Part shown: in pieces, positions 21,309 through 31,349 of the stretch
How the letters are laid out: every line of letters begins with the position of its first letter
Numbering within the stretch: the stretch's first letter is position 1
NCBI GenBank assembly: GCA_038321985.1
Contig: JBBQFN010000028.1
Coordinates: forward strand, 1 to 64,000
From: Cyanophyceae cyanobacterium
Lineage (GTDB): Bacteria > Cyanobacteriota > Cyanobacteriia > Cyanobacteriales > Laspinemataceae
Length of the DNA stretch: 64,000 nt
Direction of reading: 5' to 3'
The notes under the pieces: model-generated
Database searches by the model: none
Told to the model about the DNA's origin: nothing
Seen by the model: only the letters and a program-made list of their open reading frames with translations
Position numbers and translations under genes: made by a program

Positions 21309-21542
21309 ATGGCTCAACGGCTAAAAAGCTGGGAGTCTCCTCGTCAAGAGGGGAGAAACCGCAAAGGCAAAGGTGGCAGTGCTCGCCAACGACAACTCAA
21401 GAAGCAGCAGCAGATGTTGCGGAAGAAATTAAAAGGGGAAACCCTAACAGGCGATCGGAAACTAGATAAAAATAAAGAGAAGAGAACCGAAGTTCTCTTC
21501 TCTTTTTATTTAGGGACTCACCAGCCGCTTAGTTTGCCCTAA
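21309..21542 (+). CDS. Small basic protein; candidate ArfA-like ribosome rescue factor
   Basis: Good RBS, 77 aa, K/R-rich, NRKGKGGSAR motif, internal terminator before the stop codon. The function is inferred. Confidence 0.6.
   Translation: MAQRLKSWESPRQEGRNRKGKGGSARQRQLKKQQQMLRKKLKGETLTGDRKLDKNKEKRTEVLFSFYLGTHQPLSLP
21471..21511. terminator. Bidirectional intrinsic terminator inside the 21309 ORF
   Basis: Perfect 14-bp stem AAAGAGAAGAGAAC-CGAA-GTTCTCTTCTCTTT running into TTATTT; the A-rich 5' flank gives a U tract on the minus strand too. Confidence 0.85.
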
Positions 21543-21543
21543 T

Positions 21544-22170
21544 TTAGGGGTTAGGCATTGGCTGAACTGACTTGGCTACAATCGCAGGTCTGTCCGTGTA
21601 TTCCCGTTCTATATCGGTGCGTAAAGTATCATCCCAGCCGAGATCGTATTCCCGTTCGATTTCCGTAATCACCAACTGACGAACCTCACCCGTAACTTGG
21701 ACTTGGCTATCTTCCGTCAGAGGAACTTCAGAACCTGTGGTAATAACGATCACATCATCACCGCCAACGGCCTGATCTTCTTGAATCCGGAAGACATTAG
21801 GTCCCAGGACTTCTGCCACTTGACCATTAACTGTCACGGTTTGACCCATAAACTGATTGGGGTTCTCCGCGACTTCCTCCAACTCAGTCACCATTGTGGT
21901 TGTACTCATACCTGGGGTCATTGTGGGTTCAGTTCCCGGAGTGGTTGTAGTGGTAGTTCCCGGGGTCATTGTAGTTTCAGTTTCCGGGGTCATTGTGGGA
22001 GCAGTTTCAGTTTCTGTTGTAGTAGTCGATTGAGTATCGGCTTCGCAAGCAGGCAGCACTAAGAGCATTAATCCCAAAGCGATCGCGCCGTTAATTTTTC
22101 CGACGAGAGAAGAAACGCCTAGCTGATGGCTGCGTTTGTTAAGCGAAGTCTTGTTAAATTTATTTAGCAT
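21544..22170 (-). CDS. Putative lipoprotein with Thr/Pro-rich linker and OB-fold-like domain
   Basis: LLVLPAC lipobox-like motif, TMTPG/TMTPE repeats, GQTVTVNGQV and VQVTGEVR motifs. Confidence 0.7.
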   Translation of the reverse strand: MLNKFNKTSLNKRSHQLGVSSLVGKINGAIALGLMLLVLPACEADTQSTTTTETETAPTMTPETETTMTPGTTTTTTPGTEPTMTPGMSTTTMVTELEEVAENPNQFMGQTVTVNGQVAEVLGPNVFRIQEDQAVGGDDVIVITTGSEVPLTEDSQVQVTGEVRQLVITEIEREYDLGWDDTLRTDIEREYTDRPAIVAKSVQPMPNP

Positions 22171-22815
22171 TGAGAAACCTCCGATAAAAACTGTCAGACA
22201 ATTTTGACAATAAAGGACAATGTTCGCACTGATAAATTAGGCAAAAAAAGAGTCAGCCTGAATTAAAGTGGAGTCTATTGCCGTTACTCTAAGGAAAAAG
22301 CCTGTCGAAGCGCATCTTTCTTTAGAAGTAGATAGGTGGAATGACTCCCGTCAGATTTTTTTATATTCCTCGGGACTGGGGAATAGGGCTTTAATCTAAG
22401 TAGGCTGAAATGGATGCTTACTAGGTCACCAGTATCTCCTGTGGACGCAGACCCAAGATGATTAGCAGGTTCTCTCACCCTGGATCAAGGGATCCTATCC
22501 TGATGTGGAGTTCAGAAACCCGTTTGCTGTCGTGACTTACCCGGCTTTAAGGCGATCGCTCAAGCAACTGTCCCCCCACGGATCTCAGCCTGGGTTCCCC
22601 TAAATTCAGCCTCTCATTGAAGGGGATGTTTACTTAAGTTCATAATAGGAAGAGAATTCACTCACCTTTGTGTAAACCTTTATCTCTTATGCTGGTTTTT
22701 TAATAAAATGATGATAAGTTAATAAATGAAGCCTAAAGAGCTTCCCTGGCAGAGAACAGCCGACAAGTTCAAGTTAGTTTAAAGAGGTTCAAGCTGTTTA
22801 ATCTAAAATCTGTCT

Positions 22816-22985
22816 CGTACCAAAACCAAAACAGCACCCAAACCGAGGGCTGATATTTCCTCAAATAGTGGAATCGGCAGTAATACACCTAAACTTTTTA
22901 AGTTAGGCAGTCTGCGAACATTGAACAAGAGAGGAAATTACTCAGCGAGTACGTCTTGGGTGTTGTTTTGTTTGGGTGTCAGTTG
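22816..22985 (+). ncRNA. Rod-shaped structured RNA, 6S RNA-like (ends approximate)
   Basis: Nested pairings 22827-22841/22956-22970, 22849-22862/22931-22946, 22877-22880/22912-22915 and 22888-22896/22900-22907, in an ORF-free region. TAAAAT -10-like box at 22804-22809. Confidence 0.5.
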
Positions 22986-23130
22986 CCGGGAAACTTTATT
23001 TTAAAAGCAATCCCATCGTAAATAGTCTGATAAAACCCGCAGCCTCAAGACAGAGCCTCTCCTGCGCGGGCTAAAGAGAAAACAGACCTTTTAAAATCGT
23101 ATAGAGTTTAATGGGGATCTTTTTTTTTCG

Positions 23131-24696
23131 TTAATTGCTTGATCGCACGAACTGCGGCAAAACCTTAAGTAAATAGTCGCTTAAAGTCACTGCATCTACC
23201 CCTAACTCAGTGCGAGCAGCAGCAGCGGAAATAGCAGCCTGTGCGTGCCACCACACCGCAGTTTGGATCATGGGATCAACGGGCATTTTCCTAGCGATCG
23301 CCTGAGCAATTAATCCACTGGATAAGCCCGTTAAGACATCACCACTGCCACCTCTTGCCAATGCGGGGGTGCTTTCGGGGTTAATCCAAACGGATCCATC
23401 GGGATAAGCGATCGCAGTTCGAGCTTGTTTGAGCGTCACAACGGCCCCACTTTGTTGAGAAGCCTGACGCACCGCAGTGATGGGATCTGGGGATGCCATC
23501 GGATCCGAAAACAGCCGCTTAAATTCTCCAGGATGCGGCGTCAAGAGGGTAAAGGCTTGTCGTTGGGAGAGGGTGGGAATTGTCCCCAATTGCGCCAAGG
23601 CATTTAATCCATCCGCGTCTAAAATCAAGGGGCGATCGCTCTCTAATACTGCCTTTACCACTCCTAGCGCATCCAGGGTCAAGCCACATCCACAGGCGAT
23701 CGCATCAAAAGACCTCAACTCAATGCTATCGGGTAAATGGGCGATCGCGCCGGATTCCGTTTGGGGACATCCGACAATCAACGCATCCGCTAATTGCTGA
23801 CTCATGTAGGGTTTGAGAGAGTGGGGAACGGCGATCGTCAACATTCCCACACCCGATGCCTTAGCACCTAACCCGCATAACAGCGCGGCACCCATATACC
23901 GTTGAGAACCGCAAATTGCCAGGAGATGCCCCTGTTTATACTTATGAGTAGACTGGGGACGGGGAAGCGGCAGATGGGCGACTGCCACCGCTGAAGTAAT
24001 CCGCTGGATCCGAGGGCGATCGGCCAAAACTGCCTGAATATCCGCCAATGGGATATCAAAATCAATTAATTCCACTTTACCCACATTCACCAACGCTTTA
24101 TCATGGAACAATCCTAATTTCCATAACCCCAGGCAAAATGTATGGGTTGCTTGAATTGCTGTACCTAAAACTGCTCCCGTATCCGTATGCAACCCCGAGG
24201 GTAAATCAATACTAATCACAGGTTTCAACTTTTGATTCAAACGTTCAATTGCCTCCGCAATTTCCCCAGAAATTGGGCGGTTCAATCCGAATCCAAATAA
24301 TCCATCTACAATCAAATTACAATCCAGAAGTGGTTCTATTTTATCAAAAAAAATTACTCCTAAACTGGCTACATATTCACCCTGTTTTTTGGTCAGTTCC
24401 TTACCTTTAGGAAGCGGACGATAAATCAGCACTTCATATCCAGCAAAATGCAATTCTCGGGCCACCACTAAGGCATCTCCACCATTGTGACCCGGACCAA
24501 CTAAAACACCAATCCGCTGGACTGTTTCCCGAGGATACAGGGTGAGGATGCGTTGAAAAATGGCCTGCGCTACCTTTTCCATCAAAGCAGCTACGGGCAT
24601 TCCTGCTGCAAACAATCGCCCTTCAATTGCACTCATTTGTGCTGAAGTGACAATCAATTGATGAATCTGATTTTGGCGTTCTTGCAGTTGTGTCAC
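23131..24696 (-). CDS. nnr: Bifunctional NAD(P)H-hydrate epimerase/dehydratase
   Basis: GPGHNGGDA, DLPSG, HKYKQG, LDADGL, LTPHPGEF, GGSGDVLTG. Confidence 0.93.
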   Translation of the reverse strand: MTQLQERQNQIHQLIVTSAQMSAIEGRLFAAGMPVAALMEKVAQAIFQRILTLYPRETVQRIGVLVGPGHNGGDALVVARELHFAGYEVLIYRPLPKGKELTKKQGEYVASLGVIFFDKIEPLLDCNLIVDGLFGFGLNRPISGEIAEAIERLNQKLKPVISIDLPSGLHTDTGAVLGTAIQATHTFCLGLWKLGLFHDKALVNVGKVELIDFDIPLADIQAVLADRPRIQRITSAVAVAHLPLPRPQSTHKYKQGHLLAICGSQRYMGAALLCGLGAKASGVGMLTIAVPHSLKPYMSQQLADALIVGCPQTESGAIAHLPDSIELRSFDAIACGCGLTLDALGVVKAVLESDRPLILDADGLNALAQLGTIPTLSQRQAFTLLTPHPGEFKRLFSDPMASPDPITAVRQASQQSGAVVTLKQARTAIAYPDGSVWINPESTPALARGGSGDVLTGLSSGLIAQAIARKMPVDPMIQTAVWWHAQAAISAAAARTELGVDAVTLSDYLLKVLPQFVRSSN

Positions 24697-24812
24697 GGTG
24701 CTGTTTTCTGGATTAAGGGATAACTCAAACGGCAGAGAGATAAATGATAAAGAACCACCAGGGGGAGCATTTTGCTCCTTATCCTGTTTGCTCTATAAAA
24801 TTATTAAATCCA

Positions 24813-25670
24813 TCAATCATATTGATAAACCCGAGCCTCAATTCCAAAATTCCGGATATACCCGCTTTCTTGTTGAGCTGTAATGCGATCAGGATAAGGT
24901 CCAATTGCTAAATGGGGTCCAAATGGGAGAGTCCGAATCGAGATTTCTTGAGAGGCAATTCCGGCAGTAGTTAATTGATTGGTAATCCGGGAAAAGTCGT
25001 TTGAATTGCCGGGAATAATTACAAAATAGGGATTAGAAATTCCTAAAGGAGTGACGGAATCCGAAGCACCAGCGACTGGCTGTGGCATCGAGTCAATCGT
25101 ACCAATCGCCGAGCGAATCCCTACCAGTAATTCTAATTCTCTCGCTCGTCGGTAGGCATTGGAGTTATTAACAAACATCCCTGCTTGAATCACCGTTCTT
25201 CCGTCCAAATCCTTAATAAATGCCTCCGGTTCGATTAACCGAACTTGGGCGAGCACAATCGGGTTATTCGTGGGGATATAGACCACATAACGCTTAGAAC
25301 TAGGCAGGGGAGGCAGGTACGGAGGCACGGGAGGGACATCAAACCAGGGGCTTGGTCCAGGGTCCGCGAAGGGGGCTTGCTGCTGGGGAACTGCTAGTTG
25401 GGGTAGTGGTTGAGGCTGTTGCGGTAGCTGTTGTGGAAATTGTTGCAGGGTTGGAAGTGGGGAAAGAGTTTGGGCGATCGCCCCCTGAGACGGCAGCAGA
25501 ATCTTAGCGCTGACTCCCACACTCAAACCGACAGCTAAAATCGTTCCTCCCCAGTAAGAGAGCGATCGCGCACAGTGCCATTGACGATTCTTGAGATTGA
25601 ACGAAGCGAATCGTAGATTTTCCATACCGGGATATCCACTTACCAAGCAGTGTTTAAGGTTTTTAGCCAC
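24813..25670 (-). CDS. Hypothetical exported Pro/Gln-rich protein with SPOR-like C-terminal modules
   Basis: TM/signal segment, PQ-rich linker, VIQAGMF and LAIGPY..R..A motifs. Start uncertain. Confidence 0.6.
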   Translation of the reverse strand: MAKNLKHCLVSGYPGMENLRFASFNLKNRQWHCARSLSYWGGTILAVGLSVGVSAKILLPSQGAIAQTLSPLPTLQQFPQQLPQQPQPLPQLAVPQQQAPFADPGPSPWFDVPPVPPYLPPLPSSKRYVVYIPTNNPIVLAQVRLIEPEAFIKDLDGRTVIQAGMFVNNSNAYRRARELELLVGIRSAIGTIDSMPQPVAGASDSVTPLGISNPYFVIIPGNSNDFSRITNQLTTAGIASQEISIRTLPFGPHLAIGPYPDRITAQQESGYIRNFGIEARVYQYD

Positions 25671-25815
25671 TCTAACACAGGAAATTAGAGGCTTTTTCCC
25701 CAGGAACCGAAAATGTAAATTAATTCGATCCTTAATTCAAACTCGATCTGTTAGCCTAGAAAGAGATTGTTATTGTTTGGCCGAACTGTCTAGATAGTGG
25801 CCTTTTAAGGGATTT

Positions 25816-26874
25816 ATGAGCAAAGTCGTCGTTGGCCTCTCCGGCGGAGTTGATAGTTCAACCGCAGCCGCCATCCTACATCATCAGGGATATGAAGTCA
25901 TTGGTATTACCCTATGGTTAATGAAGGGGAAAGGTCAGTGCTGCTCTGAGGGCATGGTCGATGCTGCCTCTATTTGTGAAGCGTTGAACATTCCCCACCA
26001 CATTGTCGATACTCGCCAGTTGTTTCAAGAGAAAATTGTCGATTACTTGGTGGCGGGATATAGTGCCGGGTTCACCCCATTACCCTGTTCCCAGTGCAAT
26101 CGGGCTGTGAAATTTGGCCCCATGCTAAGTTATGCCCATGAAGAATTAGGGGTTGATAAAATTGCGACGGGACACTACGCCCGAGTCAACTACGACGAAG
26201 CGACACAACGCTATCAGTTAATCCGCGCCGTTGATCGCAATAAAGATCAGTCTTACTTTTTGTACGACTTAACTCAAAAATTGCTAGGGGGATGTATGTT
26301 TCCCTTGGGTGAAATCACCAAGACTGAAACCAGGCGGATTGCTGCCGAATATGGACTACAAACCGCTGAAAAGCCAGAAAGCCAAGATTTATGCTTAGTG
26401 GAAGCCCACGGGTCCATGCAGACCTTTTTGGAACAGTACATCCAGCCCCAGAAAGGGGACATTGTAGATGTCCAAGGGAAGGTGTTAGGACAGCATGAGG
26501 GAATCCATCGCTACACGATCGGACAGCGGAAAGGGATCGGGGTTGCAGCAGCAGAACCCTTGTATGTAGTGGCATTGGATGCAGTCAAGAATCGGGTGAT
26601 TGTGGGCGATCGCGCCTCGGCAACAGAACCGAGTTTCACCGTTGATCGCGTAAATTGGGTTTCGATCGCCCCACCCACTGCGCCGATTCGTGCAGAAGTT
26701 CAGATTCGGTATCGGACTTCGCCCGTTCCAGTGACTGTGATTCCCGAAGATGGGGGACATCGTGCCAAGCTGGTTTTTGACGAACCGCAGTTTGGGGTAA
26801 CTCCAGGACAAGCAGCAGTTTGGTACGACGGCGATCGCGTTCTCGGGGGCGGGATTATCGAGCAGTTGTCCTAG
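25816..26874 (+). CDS. mnmA: tRNA-specific 2-thiouridylase MnmA
   Basis: SGGVDS, PCSQCN, ATGHY, KDQSYFL, ESQDLC, TPGQAAV. Confidence 0.96.
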   Translation: MSKVVVGLSGGVDSSTAAAILHHQGYEVIGITLWLMKGKGQCCSEGMVDAASICEALNIPHHIVDTRQLFQEKIVDYLVAGYSAGFTPLPCSQCNRAVKFGPMLSYAHEELGVDKIATGHYARVNYDEATQRYQLIRAVDRNKDQSYFLYDLTQKLLGGCMFPLGEITKTETRRIAAEYGLQTAEKPESQDLCLVEAHGSMQTFLEQYIQPQKGDIVDVQGKVLGQHEGIHRYTIGQRKGIGVAAAEPLYVVALDAVKNRVIVGDRASATEPSFTVDRVNWVSIAPPTAPIRAEVQIRYRTSPVPVTVIPEDGGHRAKLVFDEPQFGVTPGQAAVWYDGDRVLGGGIIEQLS

Positions 26875-26923
26875 GGGGAGTACATCGGAAAAGAACCTAT
26901 CCAGTACCCGTTGGCATAAAACA

Positions 26924-27030
26924 AGAAACCCGGTTTCTCACCTATCCTCTTCCCCTCAGCTTAAAAAATTTAAACGCCCCAATATCAACAACCCGGTTTT
27001 TCAACAAAGCCGGGTTGTTGATATTGGGGC
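26924..27030. repeat. AGAAACCCGGTTTCT palindrome plus perfect 21-bp inverted repeat
   Basis: Palindrome at 26924-26938; GCCCCAATATCAACAACCCGG (26976-26996) pairs perfectly with 27010-27030. Confidence 0.75.
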
Positions 27031-27145
27031 AATCATCCAACGAATGCGATCGCCCAGAATCGAGTCGTGCCAAACGTCCCGGATACCAGTATGATAAAAA
27101 ATTAGCAAAGATTAAGAATTGAACTATATCTAAAGAGGGATCATT

Positions 27146-28327
27146 TTGAGTCAACATCCAGATGCGATCGCCCCCCACGGCGGTCACCTAATTAACCGTA
27201 TTGTCAGCTCCGCTCAAAAGCAGGAATTTTTCGACCAAGGGGAAACAATGCCCCGCGTGCAACTTACGGAGCGATCGCTCAGTGACCTGATCCTGATTGC
27301 CATTGGGGGCTTTAGCCCTCTAACTGGCTTTATGGACCAAAAAGATTACGAGCCCGTAGTCACCGATATGCGCTTGGCGAATGGTCTCCCCTGGTCCGTT
27401 CCCATTACCCTCCCCGTTACCGAAGAAGTCGCCGAACCCCTCAAAGAAGGCAGTTTGGTCCGCTTAGATAACTCCGACGGTCAATTTGTAGGCGTCCTGG
27501 AACTCACCCAAAAATATCGCTACGACAAAGCTTTAGAAGCGGTAAACGTCTATCGCACGGAAGAGATAAAGCACCCCGGCGTCCAAGTCTTGCATGAACA
27601 AGGCCCCATTAACTTAGCAGGACCGATTTGGTTACTCGATCGCGAAGCGCATCCCCAGTTTCCTAATTACCAAATCGACCCCGCCGAGTCTCGCCAACTA
27701 TTTCGGGAAAAAGGGTGGAAATCCATCGTCGCCTTCCAAACCCGCAACCCCATCCACCGCGCCCACGAATACATTACCAAATGCGCTTTGGAAAGTGTGG
27801 ATGCCTTATTCCTGCATCCCTTAGTCGGTGTAACTAAGGGGGATGATATTCCCGCCGATGTCCGGATGCGCTGCTATGAAATTCTTATGGAAAAATATTA
27901 CCCGAAAGAGCGGGTAATATTAGCAATTAACCCCGCTGCCATGCGCTATGCCGGACCTAGAGAAGCGATTTTCCACGCCTTGCTCCGCAAAAATTATGGC
28001 TGCACCCATTTTATTGTCGGTCGGGATCATGCTGGGGTCGGCGACTACTACGGCACCTACGATGCTCAACATATTTTTGATGAGTTTGAACCCGGGGAAT
28101 TGGGGATCGTGCCGATGAAGTTTGAACACGCTTTCTTCTGCATGGTGACCAAAGGCATGGCAACGGCGAAAACCAGTCCGAGTAATCGAGACCAGCAGAT
28201 TCACCTCTCCGGTACTAAGGTGCGGGAAATGCTGCGGAATGGGGAGTTACCCCCCCCTGAGTTTTCCCGTCCAGAAGTGGCTGCCGAACTTGCCCGGGCG
28301 ATGCGGGTAAAGGTTGAGTCGCATTAA
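27146..28327 (+). CDS. sat: Sulfate adenylyltransferase
   Basis: [38 protein letters not shown] start. Confidence 0.96.
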   Translation: MSQHPDAIAPHGGHLINRIVSSAQKQEFFDQGETMPRVQLTERSLSDLILIAIGGFSPLTGFMDQKDYEPVVTDMRLANGLPWSVPITLPVTEEVAEPLKEGSLVRLDNSDGQFVGVLELTQKYRYDKALEAVNVYRTEEIKHPGVQVLHEQGPINLAGPIWLLDREAHPQFPNYQIDPAESRQLFREKGWKSIVAFQTRNPIHRAHEYITKCALESVDALFLHPLVGVTKGDDIPADVRMRCYEILMEKYYPKERVILAINPAAMRYAGPREAIFHALLRKNYGCTHFIVGRDHAGVGDYYGTYDAQHIFDEFEPGELGIVPMKFEHAFFCMVTKGMATAKTSPSNRDQQIHLSGTKVREMLRNGELPPPEFSRPEVAAELARAMRVKVESH

Positions 28328-28971
28328 CTCATTTGGGATCGGTTAGTCCCCGGGTTGAGAATCCGATGTGATGGGTTAACAAAAACTTGAGAGGTTTCTA
28401 GGGACAGGGCACCCCCTTGTCCTGCCCTAGCCTTGATTGGCGATCGCCTCAAGATAAACCTGCAGCCAAAGCAGACAGGACAACAAATCCCCTCACCTGC
28501 TTTTGACCGATCGCAACTGAAGGGGTATCATGGACCAAGCGGCGGATCCCTCTACGCCTCAACATGGCGAAATAATTCCTAAAATTTTGCCAGTTTGTGT
28601 CCATTGGGAAACGCAACTGGTGGGAGAAGAGGGCGAGCACCAACGCCCGAAAAGTATTGGCATTCAAAACCGGCGATCGCTCAACCGAATTGAATAAAAA
28701 AATATAAAAGATTAGGGTTCAACGGGAGGCTAGACCTCACTGAATTTAAAAGGGGTAGGGAGACACAACGGGAAGGAAGACCCGACGGGCGATCGCAACG
28801 GGTCCCGGTATAAAGTGCCTCTTATCATAAAATTAAAGGAATGGACTCACCATCATGAGACCGTGATGAAACCATGATGAGTTACCTCGAAACAAGCCTC
28901 GCCTCGGGTTGAAACGAGTCCATCCCGGTTTAAAAATAAGCGTTATAAGGGTAAGAAGGACTATTTAGGGA

Positions 28972-31245
28972 ATGGGACTGAAGCGACGAGAATTTTTACG
29001 CAGGGCCAGCGGCATCCTAGCCGGTTTGGGAATTAGCGAGTCCATCATCTGGAAATCCAGCCAGCGCTATTACCAAGCTTTGGCGGCACCCGCCTCTCGA
29101 AAGTTAGCACTATTGGTAGGGATCAACAGCTATCCGGGCTTAAATGCTCTTTCCGGTTGTGTAACCGATGTAGAACTCCAACGAGAACTATTAATCTATC
29201 GGTTTGGGTTTAATCCCAGTGATATCGTGACCTTAACCGATGGACAAGCAACCCGTAGCAATATTGAAGATGCCTTTATCAACCACTTGGAACAGCAAGC
29301 TAGTAACGGTGATTTGGTGGTGTTCCACTTCAGCGGATACGGTCGTCGGATTAACTGGGACCAATCCACCACAGGATTGCAAACCAGTTTAATGCCCGTG
29401 GATGGGGGGGCTGTGAGTGGGGAGCCAGGGGCCAACGATATTTTAGAGGCTACCCTGTCGGAACTGTTGCGATCGCTGAAAACGGACCGGGCGATCGCCT
29501 TCTTGGATACCAGCTACAGCTATCCGGGGAAAAACCTCCAAGGAAATCTGCGAATTCGGTCCCAACAAGGTGTCCCCACTGGCAATCCCAGCGAGGCTGA
29601 AGTCGCCTTTCTGGAAACCCTTAGCCCAAAACCGACCTTGCTGCTTCCGCGATCGGCCTCTTCCTTTAAAGGCGTTGTTCTGGCGGCCTCTGGTGCCAAT
29701 CAATTAGCTACAGAAGCGCGATGGGATGGATTTAGCGCCGGAGTCTTTACTTATGCGATAACTCAGCAACTGTGGTTAGCAACCCAGGCCAACACTCTGC
29801 AATCCAGCCTCCACCGCGCATCCTGCGCCGTCCAGCAAATAGCAGGCTTTCCCCTGCAACAACCCCAACTGTTAAAAACCTTAGAAGCACCATTGGAAGA
29901 CGAAGGGAACAACATTCCCGATCAAACCTTACCGGGGTTTGTCTTTAATCAGCCTAGCGCCGAGGGTGCAGTTATAGCAATTGAAGATAGTGGACAAACG
30001 GCTGTGTTGTGGTTGGGAGGACTTCCGGCACAGGCGATCGAATCATTAGAAGTCAATTCTATTTTAACCCCGGTTTCCTCAGAAGGGGCCGACCCGCCAT
30101 CGTACCAACTACAAGTGCGATCGCGAGAGGGATTAACCGTTAAAGCCCAAGTGGTGGAAGTGGGAAAATCTAATCCCCAGTCCTCCAACTCACCCCGTCT
30201 TCAAGTGGGTCAAGTCGTCCAAGAAACGGTCCGGACTATTCCGCGCAACATCAATTTGACTGTTGCTTTAGATGTGGGGTTGCAACGGATTGAACGGGTG
30301 GATGCCACCAGTGCTTTCGCGGGAATTCCCCGGGTGACTACCGTCATTGCCGGAGAACAACCGGCAGACTATTTATTTGGTCGAGCTCAAGAGGCGATGT
30401 TGGCCCAACTACCCAGTTCAGCCTTACCCATGATTCCCCCAGGTAGTTATGCCCTCTTTTCCCTCGGGAAAAATCTTCTGCTGAATACCATGGGAGAACA
30501 AGGAGAAGCCATTAAATCCTCGGCCCAACGCTTAGTCCCGGAACTCCAGACCTTACTTGCCAATAAGTTACTACGCTTGAGTGCGAATGAAGGGTCCTCC
30601 CGTTTGGGAGTGCGAGTTAACCTGGAAACTGTGGGACCAGAAGCCAAGGCAGTCGTGCAAAGTGAAACCCGTCGAGCCCCCTGGCAAGCCCCCGAAGTAT
30701 CTGCCGTCCCTCGCGCGCGCACGGGTAATAGCCCCCTAGGTGTTCCCCTGGGTAGCCGGATTCGGTATCGGGCATTTAATTATAGCGATCGCCCGGTTTA
30801 CTGTCTGTTGTTTTCCTTAGATAACAGTGGCAATGCAGTAGTGCTCTATCCTTCCGATGACCCTACCACCTCTAATAACGGCCAAACTCAGCCCACTGTA
30901 GAACAAAACCTACTGCTTCCAGGAGAAACCCTGACCATTCCTAACGGGTCCGGTACTGGATCCTGGGTCGTCCATGGGCAAGCAGGATTAACAGAAACTC
31001 AGGTCATTTTTTCCTCCAGTCCCTTTACAAAAACCTTTTCAGCCTTATCCGGTTCCCTGCGTCCCCAGGGAGATGCCCAACCCCTGATTCCGGTGACCAA
31101 TCCTCTGGCGATCGCCCAAGCTATCTTACAGGACCTCCACGCCGCCAGCGTTGTCAGCCTTGCTAATCCAGGCCCATCCCCCGATCGCTGGGCGCTTCAT
31201 GTGGATCACTGGGCCACTCTGAGCTTTATCTACCGTGCCATTTAG
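28972..31245 (+). CDS. Caspase-like (peptidase C14) protein, pseudo-orthocaspase with Tat signal and C-terminal DUF4384-like domain
   Basis: KRREFL Tat motif, ALLVGIN, HFSGYG (His replaced by Tyr), LDTSYS (Cys replaced by Ser). Confidence 0.85.
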   Translation: MGLKRREFLRRASGILAGLGISESIIWKSSQRYYQALAAPASRKLALLVGINSYPGLNALSGCVTDVELQRELLIYRFGFNPSDIVTLTDGQATRSNIEDAFINHLEQQASNGDLVVFHFSGYGRRINWDQSTTGLQTSLMPVDGGAVSGEPGANDILEATLSELLRSLKTDRAIAFLDTSYSYPGKNLQGNLRIRSQQGVPTGNPSEAEVAFLETLSPKPTLLLPRSASSFKGVVLAASGANQLATEARWDGFSAGVFTYAITQQLWLATQANTLQSSLHRASCAVQQIAGFPLQQPQLLKTLEAPLEDEGNNIPDQTLPGFVFNQPSAEGAVIAIEDSGQTAVLWLGGLPAQAIESLEVNSILTPVSSEGADPPSYQLQVRSREGLTVKAQVVEVGKSNPQSSNSPRLQVGQVVQETVRTIPRNINLTVALDVGLQRIERVDATSAFAGIPRVTTVIAGEQPADYLFGRAQEAMLAQLPSSALPMIPPGSYALFSLGKNLLLNTMGEQGEAIKSSAQRLVPELQTLLANKLLRLSANEGSSRLGVRVNLETVGPEAKAVVQSETRRAPWQAPEVSAVPRARTGNSPLGVPLGSRIRYRAFNYSDRPVYCLLFSLDNSGNAVVLYPSDDPTTSNNGQTQPTVEQNLLLPGETLTIPNGSGTGSWVVHGQAGLTETQVIFSSSPFTKTFSALSGSLRPQGDAQPLIPVTNPLAIAQAILQDLHAASVVSLANPGPSPDRWALHVDHWATLSFIYRAI

Positions 31246-31349
31246 GGGTGCTTGATTCCTCCTAGTTCCCTTTCCTTCAAGGAGAGAACCCCGCCAGTCT
31301 TCTCCCCTGTGGCTTGGCGCGGAGACTGGGGAGAGTTTTTTTCGGGAAA

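Noticed and set aside
21890..22030. Tandem CCGGGGTCATTGT-like repeats as a possible CRISPR array
   Set aside because: They are short coding repeats (TMTPG/E) in the lipoprotein linker, with no repeat-spacer periodicity and no cas genes.
28845..28920. ATGATGAG-TTAC-CTCGAAAC resembling a hammerhead ribozyme core
   Set aside because: The core reads ATGATGA rather than CTGATGA, stem II would be only ~1 bp, and no convincing stems I and III are present.
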